64,000 nucleotides of DNA from Macrostomum hystrix (taxonomy: Eukaryota > Animalia > Platyhelminthes), in NCBI GenBank assembly GCA_950097015.1, contig CATNEN010000008.1, positions 4,464,001 through 4,528,000 of the forward strand, in the 5' to 3' direction. Shown here one piece after another: positions 63,080 to 64,000 of the stretch. The position numbers were made by a program, and so were the translations under genes. The notes beneath the pieces are model-generated. The model was given only the letters and a program-made list of their open reading frames with translations, was not told the origin of the DNA and searched no databases. Position 1 is the first letter of the stretch. Each line of letters opens with the position of its first letter.

Positions 63080-64000
63080 ATACGGTGGATAAGGAATGAT
63101 TGATGGTTTTTGCTGTTCTGTTTTTGTTTTCGTTTAACTGACAGATGCACTATCTACAAATCTTCTATTTCTTAATTTATATTCGTTATCTGTCTACGCG
63201 ATCTTCACTGTCTCTTATGATAATTAACCATATGACTGTCGCTCATAAACTACCAAAAAACGCTGAAACGGAGTAACAATCAAATTGTTTTCTTTAATTT
63301 TATCTGAAATTCAATACTTTTAAAAAGTGATCGCAATTGTAAGAAACGGTTTTTGTTGTTGTTTTGTTTCTTCTTCAATAGCTACCCGTTTTCGCAATAC
63401 AAAAAACAATGCTTCTTGTTTTTTCTTTAAATTGAGGATTTTTATCCCGTAGGCAATCCCGCCTGTATCTCAGGAATTGGACTTGTCATCTCCAATTCTT
63501 TTTTGATTCTCTTCTTTTTTATCGCGTCTATGTGCAATAGTTGCTACTACATAGTTTACAGTAATATAGATGTTGTTGGCTAGCATTAACTTCGCGCAGT
63601 AATTATTCAAGCTTAAAAACTGTCGATTAATATATTTATTGACCAGGCTTTTTATTTTAAATTGTCCTCACAAAAAGTTTAGCTTTTATTAAACACTATT
63701 TATTTATTTCTTCTTCTGTAAATTTACAATTGAGTTTTAGAATCACTTCTCTTGCAGCCAGGTTTCTCAATTGTTTTATTTCTTTACATTTTTGTTGGGT
63801 TTGTTTGTTTTCACAATTCTAGAGCATACTTTAGATCCGGTTTAATTGAGGGGATAATCAATTACCATATTAAAATTGTTAACACCTTAATTTATTTTTT
63901 TAGTATATAGGACTAGCGAATTCAAACCCCCTTAGATCCCCAAATCAATTTGAATTTCATAAGCGCTACTTTCAGTAGTGCAGTATTAGTCCTTAAAATA

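Overview
Eukaryotic (metazoan) genomic DNA. It has GC-rich spliced exons, AT-rich introns, and minisatellites in many introns and intergenic gaps. This style, plus the innexin, suggests a free-living flatworm such as Macrostomum (inference, not verified). Gene models were built by hand from splice sites and reading phase. Recognisable genes: flotillin-1 (+, 4 exons, GC-AG first intron), nicalin (-, 4 exons), an innexin (-, 4 exons) and a GT32/DxD glycosyltransferase (-, 4 exons). The main finding is a cluster of five divergent TNF-ligand-like genes at 6.6-28 kb. Four are type II membrane proteins, two of them intronless. The fifth is a 5-exon gene that joins two TNF homology domains in one chain. 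All six domains carry an extra Cys-x4-9-Cys loop after the first strand. Other genes: a complete 2-exon gene for a secreted, almost pure Asp/Glu 459-aa protein, a small secreted orphan, a 525-aa orphan, and a RhoGAP-like exon lacking the arginine finger. Repeats include two tRNA-derived SINE families (one CORE-like), a decayed APE-RT non-LTR retrotransposon, an interstitial (TTAGGG)n and about 21 tandem arrays. Most long ORFs in the supplied track are artefacts of those arrays.
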